From a bacterium (GTDB taxonomy: Bacteria > Patescibacteriota > Minisyncoccia > Phycocordibacterales > UBA9973): DNA of 64,000 nucleotides. Positions 1 through 10,913 of the stretch are shown piece by piece. Under the pieces are notes generated by a model. It made no database searches, was not told the origin of the DNA, and was given only the letters and a program-made list of their open reading frames with translations. Location: positions 337-64,336 of the forward strand of contig JBAXSP010000004.1 in the NCBI GenBank assembly GCA_037130655.1, in the 5' to 3' direction. Position numbers and translations under genes: made by a program. How positions within the stretch are numbered: position 1 is the stretch's first letter; the number at the start of each line of letters is the position of its first letter.

Positions 1-356
1 TTCTTGGTCATAATTGCCACATCTTCGGTAAATTGCCGAATGAATTCGATATATTCTTTTGTTTGAATTTTAAGGAGCGGTTCTGTTTGTTCCTCGTAGC
101 GTTTTTCCAAAATCATCAAATATGGACGAATGTCGAGACGTCGTGACTGAATTACGATTTGTGTAGAAAAATCGAGTGAATTCAAAAAAGATTGGAACTG
201 CATAAGCACCGCTTGTTGTTCATCAAATGATTTCAAAGAAAGGTTGATTGAAGATGCCAAAACAATAGCACGCAAACCGCCGCCTTTTAAGACAACGATA
301 CCGTCTCTTATTTCTTTGATTGGAACAAAATCTTGTGTTGCATTTTGTGTAGCCAT
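1..356 (-). CDS. 5' part of a TraC/VirB4-N-terminal-like protein of the CPR PrgI cluster (runs off window)
   Basis: Hand translation from ATG at 356: MATQNATQDFVPIKEIRDGIVVLKGGGLRAIVLASSINLSLKSFDEQQAVLMQFQSFLNSLDFSTQIVIQSRRLDIRPY; follows a PrgI-like gene. Confidence 0.7.
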   Translation of the reverse strand, partial: MATQNATQDFVPIKEIRDGIVVLKGGGLRAIVLASSINLSLKSFDEQQAVLMQFQSFLNSLDFSTQIVIQSRRLDIRPYLMILEKRYEEQTEPLLKIQTKEYIEFIRQFTEDVAIMTK

Positions 357-375
357 TGCAAATATTATAGCACCA

Positions 376-486
376 TAATGACTAATTACTAATGACCAGT
401 GACTAGTAAAAGATTGATTTCACTTCGTGAAATCAATCTTTATTTATTTTTATATTAGTCATTAGTCATTGGACACTAGTCATTAT
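376..486. repeat. Heptamer-arm hairpin cassette #1
   Basis: AATGACT-type tandem 7-mers, hairpin AAAGATTGATTTCAC-TTC-GTGAAATCAATCTTT, then inverted TAGTCAT-type 7-mers. Confidence 0.9.
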
Positions 487-891
487 TTATTGCTGTCCTT
501 TATCCAAAACATCCAAACTCCATGCAATATCTCGAAGCTTTTCCTCGGTCAATTTATGGTTTGTGCCTGAGACAGGTGTTTGATCTTTTTTAATGATCTC
601 TTTTTTCTTTTGACCTGGCTGTTTCCAAATATACAGTTTGTTTGAAACAGAATAAGACAACCAAGATTGCAATATCACAATAAAAGGTTGATCATTTATC
701 TTATAAAATGCGAGCATGAGTGCAAGTCCCGCAAAAAATACCGCTACTGGCAGCCCCAAAAAAGACGGCAACAGCTTAAGCGACAAATACGTCAAACCCG
801 CACCACCTGCCAAATACAATGCTTGTTTCCAGGTAAGTGGACCAAAAATCTTGTCTTCGATATCAATAAATTGTGGTACTTTGAACTGCAT
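487..891 (-). CDS. PrgI-family membrane protein
   Basis: N-terminus QFKVPQFIDIEDKIFGPLTWKQ, two TM helices, LYIWK motif typical of PrgI-like proteins. Confidence 0.8.
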   Translation of the reverse strand: MQFKVPQFIDIEDKIFGPLTWKQALYLAGGAGLTYLSLKLLPSFLGLPVAVFFAGLALMLAFYKINDQPFIVILQSWLSYSVSNKLYIWKQPGQKKKEIIKKDQTPVSGTNHKLTEEKLRDIAWSLDVLDKGQQ

Positions 892-917
892 AAGATAATA
901 GATACTTAATAATTAAC

Positions 918-1643
918 TTAAATTTCTTCGCGATAGACATCATTACTTCGAGAAGAGATGTTTTCTACTCTCGGCAGTGACTGGTCTGTCTTTGTACTAG
1001 GAATACCGAAACTACTATTTAGTTTTGTTTGGGCAATTCCTTTGAAAATAACTGGCTCACTTTTTGTTGGGTGCTCGATAGCTTCCATCAAATTTGCTTC
1101 ACTCATATTCTTGTTTGTAGTGTCGATTGCTGGCCCCATACGCTGTGTCAATTCATTTTGACTCGGCAATTCATCAAACGAAATTCCAGCATTTGAAAAT
1201 GTTTTCATTTCTCGCTTGTTGATATTTGCAACAATTTCATTTTCATTCGATTGAGGCTGAACAACCTCTTCTGCTGGCTCCTCTTCGATTTCAATTCCAG
1301 CATTATACATGATGTCTTCAGGCTCTTCTGGTGGTTTATATGAAAGCACGTCATTTTCTTCTGCAATAATAGCATTTAACGCTATTTTAAAAGGACCAAA
1401 AACTGTTGCATCGATATCTTTTATCATTGCAGACAATTGTGTGTCAGGTAGTCCTGTTTTTCTTAACTCTCCAGCAAAACCGTTCACATCAAGCGCTCCT
1501 TCAAGAAATTCTTTTATGATTGTTTGCATCATGTTAGTTTTTTCTTGTAGTCCATACTTGCCACAAACAACACCTATCAAATCATCTATCTTGATTTCAT
1601 GATATGCACCGTATATTTGAGTGATTGTTCCTAAGTTATTCAT
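918..1643 (-). CDS. Hypothetical protein
   Basis: 241-aa ORF in operon context; ends NDVYREEI. Confidence 0.75.
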   Translation of the reverse strand: MNNLGTITQIYGAYHEIKIDDLIGVVCGKYGLQEKTNMMQTIIKEFLEGALDVNGFAGELRKTGLPDTQLSAMIKDIDATVFGPFKIALNAIIAEENDVLSYKPPEEPEDIMYNAGIEIEEEPAEEVVQPQSNENEIVANINKREMKTFSNAGISFDELPSQNELTQRMGPAIDTTNKNMSEANLMEAIEHPTKSEPVIFKGIAQTKLNSSFGIPSTKTDQSLPRVENISSRSNDVYREEI

Positions 1644-1646
1644 ATA

Positions 1647-4600
1647 TTATTTCTTTTCTTCTTTTGGTTTTCCTCCACTTTCTATTTTTTCTTTATTTTC
1701 TTTGATTTTTGTTTTGTTTGAATCAATTTGAGTAGTCAATGTCTCTTTTTGTCGAGAGAAATTTTTTCTATCAGATGAAACGCTTCCCAAGAATTTCATT
1801 CGAGAACGAATCTTATCGAGTTCTTTCTTATCTACTGTTCCGCTCTGTTCTTTTTGATACAATTCGTCTCGTAATGTTTCATTTTGTTCGAAGACATAAT
1901 CTTCTACTGTTGTAGTAATCATATCTTGCAACTGTTTCTCTTTTCGAATAATATTCTTAGCCATTTCTTCAGCTGATTTCTTTGCCTTCTTCTTCTCGTC
2001 ATCACTCAGTTCCGTGAAATTAGCAGCTTGTTTATCAGCATCAGTCATGTCAACAAACTTACCAGTTGCTGCGTCTCGTTTTTTACCAAGCTTCTTATTG
2101 ATTTCATCCTCTTCAGTAAGAATTGCTTTCTTTTCATCAACAATTTTCTTATATTCTTCATTGTTTGCTTTGAGGTCATCGATTTTATCTTTCAACGGCT
2201 TAAGTTCTGCGTTATTTTCTATCAAACCAGTATTTCTTGCCAATGCGCTTTCTGCTGCAGTAACTCTTCTTTCATTCTCTTTATTGGCGCGTTCAAGATC
2301 CTCATTTTGATTTTGAAGCTTAACTGCATCAGCCTTGGCTTTTTCACTTTGTTTTGCGTATTTCTCTTTGATATCTTTGTTAATACGATTATCAGCAACA
2401 GCACTTCCTAAAAGAGAAGCACCTACTACAGCACCGACACCTGTACCAACCAAAGCACTTCCTGCAACCGAGCCTGAAAAACGACCTGCACCACCAACAA
2501 CACCCGCAGCAACAACCCCTTGTGTAGCCCTGTCATTATCTTTTGACCTACCAATAAAGCTGGTTGCCTTATTGAGCACAGATCCGGTAACAGAGAAGTC
2601 GTCAAATCTTGTATCGAGACGTGCCAATAGTTTTTCAAGGCGATCATCTTCGACTTTTTTACGCATAGCTTTGATATCTTCTGGTTTTGCATCTTTACCA
2701 AGCTCTTCAAATCGCTTGCCATATTTTGCTTCGTGTTTTTTCTTGAATTCTTCTTCAAATTTCTTTTTCTCGTCGTCTGTTTTTGCTGCATAATTTGCTG
2801 CAATTTTTTCTTTTTCAATTTTATCTTTATATATTGTTTCGTACTTTTCAACCTGATTATCATGCATTTCTTTAAACTGAGTATCTGTGACATGTGATAT
2901 TTTTGATTGTCGCTCGATTTCTTTTTCCTTCTTTTCTTGTCGTTCTTTTTGATATGTAGCAAATCCTGTTTTATTTGCATCAAGACCAACGGCCCCCATA
3001 GAAAGACCGGCACCTCCAAGAAATGCATTTGTAGTTTTACCACTCATATCGAAACCTGATACCTTACTAAAACCACCTGACACCGCATTAAATCCTTTTG
3101 TATTTCTTACATCAAAAGAACCGTCTTTTGCTTTGTCAAAAGTTTTGAGACCAAGTTTTGCAAATTTACCACTAATACCACCTTTTGCTTCGGCCGCAGC
3201 CAATCGTTCAGCAAGCTTTGCTCCTGTCCCACTTGTTGCTGCAGCACCAAGTGTATTTCTTCCTATTAAAGCAGCTCCGCCAGTTGCCGCACCGAGAGCA
3301 ACACCACCAACAACACCTGCGGCTTGTGTAATTTTCCCTGCCAACTCCTTTGCAACTGATCCAGCCAAACTTACCGCAGTATCTTTTGCTTTTCCAAGCA
3401 TCACGATAATGAATATAAATGGCATGACAACTCCTAATATCCAAGAAGTGTTTGATTCGCCTGACTCCTTCAAAAGAGGTGCTCCGATTTGCACAAACAA
3501 CAATATCAAATACATAAACACCATAAAAATAGGTGCCATCATTGCTATCTTAAATGTCTCTTTCAACCAAGAATCAAATGAAATACCTCCCATTTTCCAC
3601 CCTTTTGGAAGAATATTAGAAACAAAAGCAAGTGGAGAAGTGATTGTCTGCACCCAAAGACCAATGACTCGTCCAACAAATAATATTCCTATCTTGAAGA
3701 AAATACCTGCACCAATCACATTAAGAATAACTGCGCAGATAGTAATGAGAATAAATGTAGTATTATCCAAATCACCACCACTACTAGCCTCGTTTCTTCC
3801 TGCATTTTTTGAATTTACATCATCATAAAGCTTGTCTTTTCCTTCGAGTACAATACGCTGTGGGTCGAAACCAGAAACAATCACCTCCGACATTCCATGA
3901 GCAACAGTTCGCTCGCCAGTACTTCTATCTATTTTGGTTATAGCGATTGTGTCTGAGTTATAAAACAACCTGGCCGTCACGTTCCCTGTATCAATAATAA
4001 TTCGAGTCAAGAAAAAACTAAAATTAATCGTAACCGCAGCAATAATAATCGGTATAATCATTTTTTTCCAATCAACACCACCTGTCTCAAGTAATGTACC
4101 GATTGCGATGTACATCATCATTACAATAAAAGCTATATTACAAAGATCACGCACAAGTGCCCACGCCTTTTGAACAAACTGCGATGAATTATCATAAGAA
4201 GAACTTTGAATCGAGTAGTCGAAAGTAAAATCAAACAACATACCCGCAACCATAAAGAGCCAAGATGTTGGTACATATAAAACATAATAGAGTAACTGCG
4301 CAAAACAACCTGACATCGAAATACCATCTGAAACACCCAGCCAGCATCTTGGCATACTTTCATCCGGATCAAGTGCACCTGCTTCACCTGACTGCTCAAG
4401 TGTGCCATTTGTCAATCCAATAGTTCCTTCTGCTTTATAATTAGCACCCCCAACCTGATCACTACCACCAGTCTTAAAAGTCATATTCTTAATAACATCA
4501 CCTCCTAGACCTTTATTAATTAATACTAATTGGGCAACATAATCAGTACCACTACCCAATCCCTCTATACGAAAAGATCCTTTTGTTTCAATATTTTGTG

Positions 4601-5135
4601 TATTAATTTGGATAGGAAATAAGAAAGCATTATTTGGAATAGAGCTGACACCCGAAACAGGAGTTGTTCCTTTATATACAACAATAAAAGCAGCATTATC
4701 TATTTTAATGTTTCTAATGGATTCATAATAAACAGCGCGAACCTTGGGAACGTCTTGCCCTGCGACTGTTTCTTTTTGAGAATAACCTATTTCAAGATCA
4801 TTCTTGCTATCAAAATAAACAGCGGATCCATATACCTGTACTTTATATGTACCATTGGCTTCTGCTGTTGGTTTATTGTTCCCAACATAATCATCTGCAT
4901 AATAATCAATTGTTTTCACTAAATTATTTGTTGAAACAAGGTCATATTCTATTTCATGTGTAGAATACCCTGTGTAATTACCTTTTGTACGAATATAACT
5001 TTTACTAAAATCATCGGACAAAGTAGATGCTTTTGCTATATTGGTAGAAAATCCTTGCAAAGAAAAAACAAGCGGAGAAAAAGCCAAGACTCCGAGAATC
5101 AAACTTATTACGCTCTTGGAAAAAAAGCGATACAT
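1647..5135 (-). CDS. Large VirB6/TrbL-like membrane protein with extracellular N-terminus and coiled-coil C-terminus
   Basis: Signal/TM at N-terminus, WALVRDLCNIAF...INFSFFLTRIIID multi-TM core, glycine-rich helices, long K/E coiled coil. Confidence 0.65.
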   Translation of the reverse strand: MYRFFSKSVISLILGVLAFSPLVFSLQGFSTNIAKASTLSDDFSKSYIRTKGNYTGYSTHEIEYDLVSTNNLVKTIDYYADDYVGNNKPTAEANGTYKVQVYGSAVYFDSKNDLEIGYSQKETVAGQDVPKVRAVYYESIRNIKIDNAAFIVVYKGTTPVSGVSSIPNNAFLFPIQINTQNIETKGSFRIEGLGSGTDYVAQLVLINKGLGGDVIKNMTFKTGGSDQVGGANYKAEGTIGLTNGTLEQSGEAGALDPDESMPRCWLGVSDGISMSGCFAQLLYYVLYVPTSWLFMVAGMLFDFTFDYSIQSSSYDNSSQFVQKAWALVRDLCNIAFIVMMMYIAIGTLLETGGVDWKKMIIPIIIAAVTINFSFFLTRIIIDTGNVTARLFYNSDTIAITKIDRSTGERTVAHGMSEVIVSGFDPQRIVLEGKDKLYDDVNSKNAGRNEASSGGDLDNTTFILITICAVILNVIGAGIFFKIGILFVGRVIGLWVQTITSPLAFVSNILPKGWKMGGISFDSWLKETFKIAMMAPIFMVFMYLILLFVQIGAPLLKESGESNTSWILGVVMPFIFIIVMLGKAKDTAVSLAGSVAKELAGKITQAAGVVGGVALGAATGGAALIGRNTLGAAATSGTGAKLAERLAAAEAKGGISGKFAKLGLKTFDKAKDGSFDVRNTKGFNAVSGGFSKVSGFDMSGKTTNAFLGGAGLSMGAVGLDANKTGFATYQKERQEKKEKEIERQSKISHVTDTQFKEMHDNQVEKYETIYKDKIEKEKIAANYAAKTDDEKKKFEEEFKKKHEAKYGKRFEELGKDAKPEDIKAMRKKVEDDRLEKLLARLDTRFDDFSVTGSVLNKATSFIGRSKDNDRATQGVVAAGVVGGAGRFSGSVAGSALVGTGVGAVVGASLLGSAVADNRINKDIKEKYAKQSEKAKADAVKLQNQNEDLERANKENERRVTAAESALARNTGLIENNAELKPLKDKIDDLKANNEEYKKIVDEKKAILTEEDEINKKLGKKRDAATGKFVDMTDADKQAANFTELSDDEKKKAKKSAEEMAKNIIRKEKQLQDMITTTVEDYVFEQNETLRDELYQKEQSGTVDKKELDKIRSRMKFLGSVSSDRKNFSRQKETLTTQIDSNKTKIKENKEKIESGGKPKEEKK

Positions 5136-5157
5136 ATATACACAAAGTATATCACTG

Positions 5158-5260
5158 TCAGTTGATAGTTGTTAGTTGATAGTTGTGAGAAAAACAAAAG
5201 CGTGATGGACGAAGTCCATCACGCTTTTGTTTTTTATTAGTCACTAGTTATTGAACATTA
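5158..5260. repeat. Heptamer-arm hairpin cassette #2 (mismatched arm types)
   Basis: Left arm (T/A)AGTTG(A/T) repeats, perfect hairpin AAAAACAAAAGCGTGATGGAC-GAA-GTCCATCACGCTTTTGTTTTT, right arm TAGTCAC/TAGTTAT type. Confidence 0.8.
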
Positions 5261-5263
5261 TAC

Positions 5264-7540
5264 TTATTGTCCAATTCCAAAGATTTTCTCAAATGTACTA
5301 CTGAAACCACATTTGTTTTTTGTATCATACAGTGGCTGTTGGCTTTGTTTAACACTATCATAATATGTCTTTCCTGTGTCATATGCTAAACCTAAATTAT
5401 ATCCATCTGACCAACTAATATCTGATTTACAATTAAATCCAATTCCATCACCTACTACACCTTGACCGTAGTCAAATGCTGCAAACGATCGCTGAACAGC
5501 ATCTTGTATGCCGGCCCACGGAACACCACCCTTTTGTTCTTTGTCTTCTTTTCCAAATGAATAAAATACATTCGTATTTGCATCTGCACGGGGATTGTTA
5601 TAATTAGTATACGAAACACTACCGTCTTTATTATACCGAGGAACATTAATCTTATAACCACCAACATCATCATCATCATCATACAAAGACTCACTTAAAT
5701 GTGTCCACGATAAAATCAATTCCTGTCCTTGTTTATGATTATCCCAACGACAATCTTGTGTATCCCCTGAGGCACTTGCTTGATCTGTGTCAAAAATAAT
5801 CGAACTATCAACATAAAATGGTGCGATTCGACGTTTTGGACTCTTTGATGGATCTGGCACCAAATCTCCATTTGCAATATCTTGTGTTTGCTCCTGACAG
5901 ATTGAGGTTAGTTCTTTGACGTAATTTTTTGAATTTTGTAATTCTTCAATATCATGACCGATACCTGCGATTGCTTCTGGTGTACGAATCTGTGGTAGTA
6001 ATCTGAAAAATTGTCTGAGCAACTTGTCATATTCCGCTTGTTCATCAGTTGTCAAAATAATTGGTGTATTTTGTCCTGAAGTACCATTTGAACAAGTATT
6101 TCCTGTAGTGTCTGGAACATAAGTATCAGTGTCGAAGAAATTATCCTTGTCGAGGTCTGGGCAGTATATTTTTTGCAAATTTAACGGAAGATTATCACAC
6201 AAATCAGTTCCTGTATTTGTTGTTTGTATTTGAATACTAGTATTTGCACGAAGGGTTTTACCTGCTTTAGTAACACAAGAGATAGCATAGCGTGAATCTT
6301 TGTTTTTTGGAGTTACTCCAAAATTTTGTACTGGAGTGGTGTTATCAGGTACAGGTTTTGAGCCGATCCATGACGATGTATCTACACCCCCAGTAGAAAC
6401 AGTTGCTCCTGCTCCGACTCCTTCACAAGAAGCAAATGCTGTGCCTGCAGGTGAAAACCAAAAGAGTGTACTTGTACCGTCTGGTTGCACCACTTCCGGT
6501 GAAGCAATCAAAGATAATTCTTTTGAAGCATCAGCATTTGGATTACATTCTGGCATCAAAACAGAAACATTTGCAGGATATATACTACAATCTTTTGTTG
6601 TATTCCCTGATGTTCCATCGTCAAGAATAAGTGCCACTTGAGCAACAACATATTCTTTTGGTGGAGTAGTGTCTGCTGTTTCTACCTGACTCTCTGCAGT
6701 ACCAAAACCAATAGTACTTGCAGTTTCAGTTTTTGCAGTAGAACTTAGTTGTGCTTGTACTGGTTTTTCACAGGTGAGCACATAGATAATTTCTTTGTCA
6801 CCATATGGCATTTGAGTTTTTTTGGTTTGCGGTTTTGTAGGTACTGGCTGTTTACCATTCCAGTTATATAACTTACTTTGTACATACGCAGTTGCGTTGA
6901 CACCTTTTGATTTCAAATCTTTTTGCTGATAGACCCCACCCGCATATGAACCAACGCAGCTTGCAAAATCCATTTTTGTTGGAGATGACCAAGAGATAGT
7001 GAGTTGATCTTTTGTTTTCGCCGTATCAGTTGAAGCGGTCACTACCAAATCTTTGGTTGCAATCGTATCTCTTTTGATTAACTCTTTGAGTGCATCCTCA
7101 TTGTTTGAGGGAATAGCAGAAGGTCCATTGTCTGAATTTGTATCTAATACATCTTGCAATAATTCAGTAGACGTATCTTTGCTATCAATAACACCATCTT
7201 TGTTGGTATCAATCACTGCATCTTTGTTGTTGATTACACCATCACCATTGGTATCTTTGGTTGGAATAAGTGAACCTTTTAAAGGAATAGTACTTCCGGT
7301 GGTTGATGATGCACTTGTGTTGTTTGTAGCATCTTCTGCTGTACCATTTTTGATGGTATCTTTTTTCTTTGGCAAAAGATTCCCAAGATCGACAAAAAAT
7401 TGCGCGCGTTGATTTGCGTCTTTGGTGATAGGATTTGCAACTTGCTTACTACCAATCAGTATCGCCAAAATTGCAACGACTAACACAACAAAAATAAGTG
7501 CTACTATTTTTATTCTTTTTTTCTTTTCTTCATTCATCAT
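5264..7540 (-). CDS. Membrane-anchored extracellular protein with DxNxDG calcium-binding-like repeats
   Basis: N-terminal TM, DTNGDGVINNKD/DTNKDGVIDSKD, paired Cys, Ig-like segments. Confidence 0.75.
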   Translation of the reverse strand: MMNEEKKKRIKIVALIFVVLVVAILAILIGSKQVANPITKDANQRAQFFVDLGNLLPKKKDTIKNGTAEDATNNTSASSTTGSTIPLKGSLIPTKDTNGDGVINNKDAVIDTNKDGVIDSKDTSTELLQDVLDTNSDNGPSAIPSNNEDALKELIKRDTIATKDLVVTASTDTAKTKDQLTISWSSPTKMDFASCVGSYAGGVYQQKDLKSKGVNATAYVQSKLYNWNGKQPVPTKPQTKKTQMPYGDKEIIYVLTCEKPVQAQLSSTAKTETASTIGFGTAESQVETADTTPPKEYVVAQVALILDDGTSGNTTKDCSIYPANVSVLMPECNPNADASKELSLIASPEVVQPDGTSTLFWFSPAGTAFASCEGVGAGATVSTGGVDTSSWIGSKPVPDNTTPVQNFGVTPKNKDSRYAISCVTKAGKTLRANTSIQIQTTNTGTDLCDNLPLNLQKIYCPDLDKDNFFDTDTYVPDTTGNTCSNGTSGQNTPIILTTDEQAEYDKLLRQFFRLLPQIRTPEAIAGIGHDIEELQNSKNYVKELTSICQEQTQDIANGDLVPDPSKSPKRRIAPFYVDSSIIFDTDQASASGDTQDCRWDNHKQGQELILSWTHLSESLYDDDDDVGGYKINVPRYNKDGSVSYTNYNNPRADANTNVFYSFGKEDKEQKGGVPWAGIQDAVQRSFAAFDYGQGVVGDGIGFNCKSDISWSDGYNLGLAYDTGKTYYDSVKQSQQPLYDTKNKCGFSSTFEKIFGIGQ

Positions 7541-7545
7541 ATATA

Positions 7546-9651
7546 TTAATGTACACCTACATTACCTGTTGTTCCATTGGCCGACCCAGTAGTGGTACCA
7601 TTTGTTGTATTGTTGGTTGTGTTATTACTTGTTGCATTCCCACCAATTCCTGTTGCAGTACCTGCGCCAGTTGTTGTACCTCCAGGACCATATGTTGCAC
7701 CACCGCCGACACTTGTCGTACCGTTGGCATTACCAGTATTTCCAAAAATTCCACCAAATGGTTCTATTGTGCCGAGACAAGCCGGATCAATTGGAAGTGC
7801 ATTAATATTATCTACTTGTACTTTTTGCCCTGGGCCATATTTTAGTTTTGCTTCATCCGCCAAACGTTTGTATACCCTATTCATCAAATTATCCATTTTC
7901 TTTTGAACTGCAAAAACTTGATTGGTTGTTGCCATAACATCGATAGCTTCGTTTTGATTGTCTAAAATTTGCTGTGAATATTGTGGCCACAGTTCAAGTT
8001 CTTTGTTGGCAGTTCTTGCTATCGGCATGACGTTTGGATTTGTCACATATGTGTTGCTGATGAAGTTGTTGTACAGATCAACTGAATCTCGATATGAACC
8101 ACGGAGTACAGAGAGGATGCCGTTAATGATTGTCTGAGCATCAATTGATTTCCAAAAACTCTGCCAGCCACTAACAGTAACACTTTTGATTAGAGCATTA
8201 TGCAACCCATCAAGACGACTATTGATAACAGCATCAGCATTATCTTCCCATCCAGGACGAGGACCAGGAATACAATAGGAAAGATCGTGCAGTGGGTACC
8301 CACACCAATCTGTTGTCATCTCATTCAAATTATCACTATATTTAGCCAAACTAGATTCATAGTTTACATTCCCTGAACCTGCACTTGCTTTGTTTAATTG
8401 CTTGATTCGACGAGCAACTGACGGAGCATCTTTGTTTGCACTATACTGATCGAGTGTTTTTTGGTCTCCAATATAACTGAGCTGTGTAATCAACACGTCA
8501 GGCAGTATTTCATGATCAAACACCCGTGGGTCGATTGGTTTGTTTGGGGCAACTTTCAACCAATCAGATGCATCACCATTCGTAAAACCACCACTAATAC
8601 CTGAGACGGAATTATTAAGCCCAGGACCACCTGATGCATAAGAATCGGTAGTTTTTCCTTTTGAAAGACTTGAAAGACCTCGTTTGATCAATTGATCGGT
8701 CAATGCAGTGAAGATTTTTGAAACAGACGTATTTACATCATTAGCGATTTCAAGTTGGCGACCCGTTGTCCCAAGTGCTTGATTGATTTGATTTTGCACC
8801 ACAGAACCAGGTGTGACCACCTCCCATCGATTACAAGTAACTTTTGGATCTGCTTTGTGTGCTTCGACATACCCTGCTGGGTCTACACATTTTTTGACTG
8901 ACAAAAAGTTTGGTTGTGACAATTCTGCTTGTACTGCGCCAACTTTTTGATTGATAAGCTTATCTGATTCTTCAGCAAGATTGATACTCACCCCTAGTGG
9001 ATTATTTCTTTCACTGAGTGTCACACTTTTCCAAGCAGCCCAACCACCACCTTCACTAAAATCTTTTTTGAACACTTTTGGATCAGGACCAGTATATTTG
9101 AAATTATCGAGCGGACTCAAAGATACTTTTCTGTCAGTAATCAATTGCCGAAGTGCAGATTTTGCATACGGAGAAAATGATGGGTCGTCTTCATATTTTG
9201 CAAGTAATCCATTTTTGAGACCATTGATTGATTCATTTTCAATACTCGCAAAAAAAGATTCACGATTTCGAATATACAGCGGATTTCCATCAAATCCACT
9301 ATTAATCCAGTTAACAATACTTTCAGTAAGTTGTTGTAATACTACACGAGCAAGAGATACAGCAATCGCATCAATACAAGCTTTTGTATTGTTTGCTTTT
9401 GCTTGTTGTTTGTCATCAACCTTAACAGCGGCAGTACCTAGTGTCGATCCAGCTTTTTCTTTTGCTTTTTCTTTAAGACCTGAAATAATTCCTTTCCCAA
9501 GCAAACAACCCGCCAATGAAGATGCTGTAGCCGAACCGAGCGAAGCACCAAGTGAAGCACCGTCGAGCGCTTCAGCTTTTGGAGGAATAGCAACAATCAA
9601 AAAACTAACGAGCAGTATTGAGGTGATTGTTTTTTTGAAAAAAGTAAGCAT
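7546..9651 (-). CDS. Secreted hypothetical protein of CPR surface/T4SS-like cluster
   Basis: Signal peptide, SIVNWINSGFDGNPLYI and VTPGSVV motifs, Gly/Thr-rich tail. Confidence 0.75.
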   Translation of the reverse strand: MLTFFKKTITSILLVSFLIVAIPPKAEALDGASLGASLGSATASSLAGCLLGKGIISGLKEKAKEKAGSTLGTAAVKVDDKQQAKANNTKACIDAIAVSLARVVLQQLTESIVNWINSGFDGNPLYIRNRESFFASIENESINGLKNGLLAKYEDDPSFSPYAKSALRQLITDRKVSLSPLDNFKYTGPDPKVFKKDFSEGGGWAAWKSVTLSERNNPLGVSINLAEESDKLINQKVGAVQAELSQPNFLSVKKCVDPAGYVEAHKADPKVTCNRWEVVTPGSVVQNQINQALGTTGRQLEIANDVNTSVSKIFTALTDQLIKRGLSSLSKGKTTDSYASGGPGLNNSVSGISGGFTNGDASDWLKVAPNKPIDPRVFDHEILPDVLITQLSYIGDQKTLDQYSANKDAPSVARRIKQLNKASAGSGNVNYESSLAKYSDNLNEMTTDWCGYPLHDLSYCIPGPRPGWEDNADAVINSRLDGLHNALIKSVTVSGWQSFWKSIDAQTIINGILSVLRGSYRDSVDLYNNFISNTYVTNPNVMPIARTANKELELWPQYSQQILDNQNEAIDVMATTNQVFAVQKKMDNLMNRVYKRLADEAKLKYGPGQKVQVDNINALPIDPACLGTIEPFGGIFGNTGNANGTTSVGGGATYGPGGTTTGAGTATGIGGNATSNNTTNNTTNGTTTGSANGTTGNVGVH

Positions 9652-9653
9652 AC

Positions 9654-10541
9654 TTAGTTGTTTTTTGGATTAAGTGCAAATAACTGACTACCTATTTCAG
9701 TAAATTCATCGTTATACTTTTTGTACTGAATAATACCGGGCATCGCTACAGTTGCATTATCATACAAAAGTGATAATTTTTTAAGTGCAATACCTACTTT
9801 GATAGAACTATTTGCAAAACGACGGTGTAATTCTACTACATCAGCAGGTACTTTCATTTTTGCAAGCGCACCACCGAGCCCTATATACGCATTACTTACA
9901 TCATCCAAATCTTTTATTCCGTTACGATCTTCATTTTGAAGTGTATACGCAAGTATACCAACCTCATTACCAGCGCCTTGTTTTTCATAAGTAGTGACAA
10001 TTGATTCTAATTCTTTCAAATATTTCTTCTTGTTTTCTACTGTCGAAGGAACACTGCTAATTTTTTCTTTTGAAATAGCGTCAGGCAAAGTATCGTCAGA
10101 AGTAATCTTGTCAGCCAATGTTATTGCGAGCACACTAGCTGATTCATCATTGAGCGCACCTGAGTCTTTGAGTACCATCAAAGAAGAAAAGAATTCTTGT
10201 GCGATTTTATCTGTTTCATTGGTGTCACCACCGCCATTTTGTGAGAGTGATTCACGTTTTTTAGATATATAAGTCAAATCATCAACACCATTGAAAGTGG
10301 CAACTTTTTTTGGATCAGTCCCCCAAAGTGATTCTTCCCAGTCAGCAACACCATCACCATCAGTATCGATAAACACCGCTTCTTTGAGTGTAGCGTTTTG
10401 AATTTTACCTTTTCTTCCGATAGAACCAACGAGACTAGACCAATTAACATATTTAACAAGCACCACAAGCAATAAAATCCCAATAATTATAAGGATTTTT
10501 TTTGAAAATTGTTTACTTGGAAGATATTGTTGAAATGACAT
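9654..10541 (-). CDS. Membrane-anchored protein with thrombospondin type 3-like calcium-binding repeat
   Basis: N-terminal TM; DTDGDGVADWEESLWGTDP motif. Confidence 0.75.
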   Translation of the reverse strand: MSFQQYLPSKQFSKKILIIIGILLLVVLVKYVNWSSLVGSIGRKGKIQNATLKEAVFIDTDGDGVADWEESLWGTDPKKVATFNGVDDLTYISKKRESLSQNGGGDTNETDKIAQEFFSSLMVLKDSGALNDESASVLAITLADKITSDDTLPDAISKEKISSVPSTVENKKKYLKELESIVTTYEKQGAGNEVGILAYTLQNEDRNGIKDLDDVSNAYIGLGGALAKMKVPADVVELHRRFANSSIKVGIALKKLSLLYDNATVAMPGIIQYKKYNDEFTEIGSQLFALNPKNN

Positions 10542-10544
10542 ATA

Positions 10545-10913
10545 TTATCTGCTTACATTAAATCTTTTTGGTGCAATTGACCATGAAGGGACAAATGCGC
10601 CTGTTTCCGTGTTGTAACATGTATTGTAATCAATACTGTATCTACCTAAAATTTGTTGTCCTGCCCGAAGTGTTTTACTTGATTCAGAAACAAAAAATGG
10701 TAAGATTATAAATTTTGAACCGATCGGAGCAATGGTCATTGGTCCGTATTGAGCACCGCACGCAACCTGACTTTCAGCAGTGTTATTGAGTTGTCGAATT
10801 TTCCCACCAAAATTAAACGATGGACCGATAGCAAATGTATTTGTAGCAAAAGAAAATCCGAGCGCAACAAATACACTCAAAAATAATAACGAACGAATTT
10901 TAGAGTGACTCAT
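10545..10913 (-). CDS. Small secreted hypothetical protein
   Basis: Signal peptide ending TFA, two Cys; overlaps rsmA stop. Confidence 0.7.
   Translation of the reverse strand: MSHSKIRSLLFLSVFVALGFSFATNTFAIGPSFNFGGKIRQLNNTAESQVACGAQYGPMTIAPIGSKFIILPFFVSESSKTLRAGQQILGRYSIDYNTCYNTETGAFVPSWSIAPKRFNVSR

Noticed and set aside
2014-3828. Antisense ORFs within long genes (here and throughout the ORF track)
   Set aside because: Shadow frames of well-supported opposite-strand genes with no recognisable motifs.
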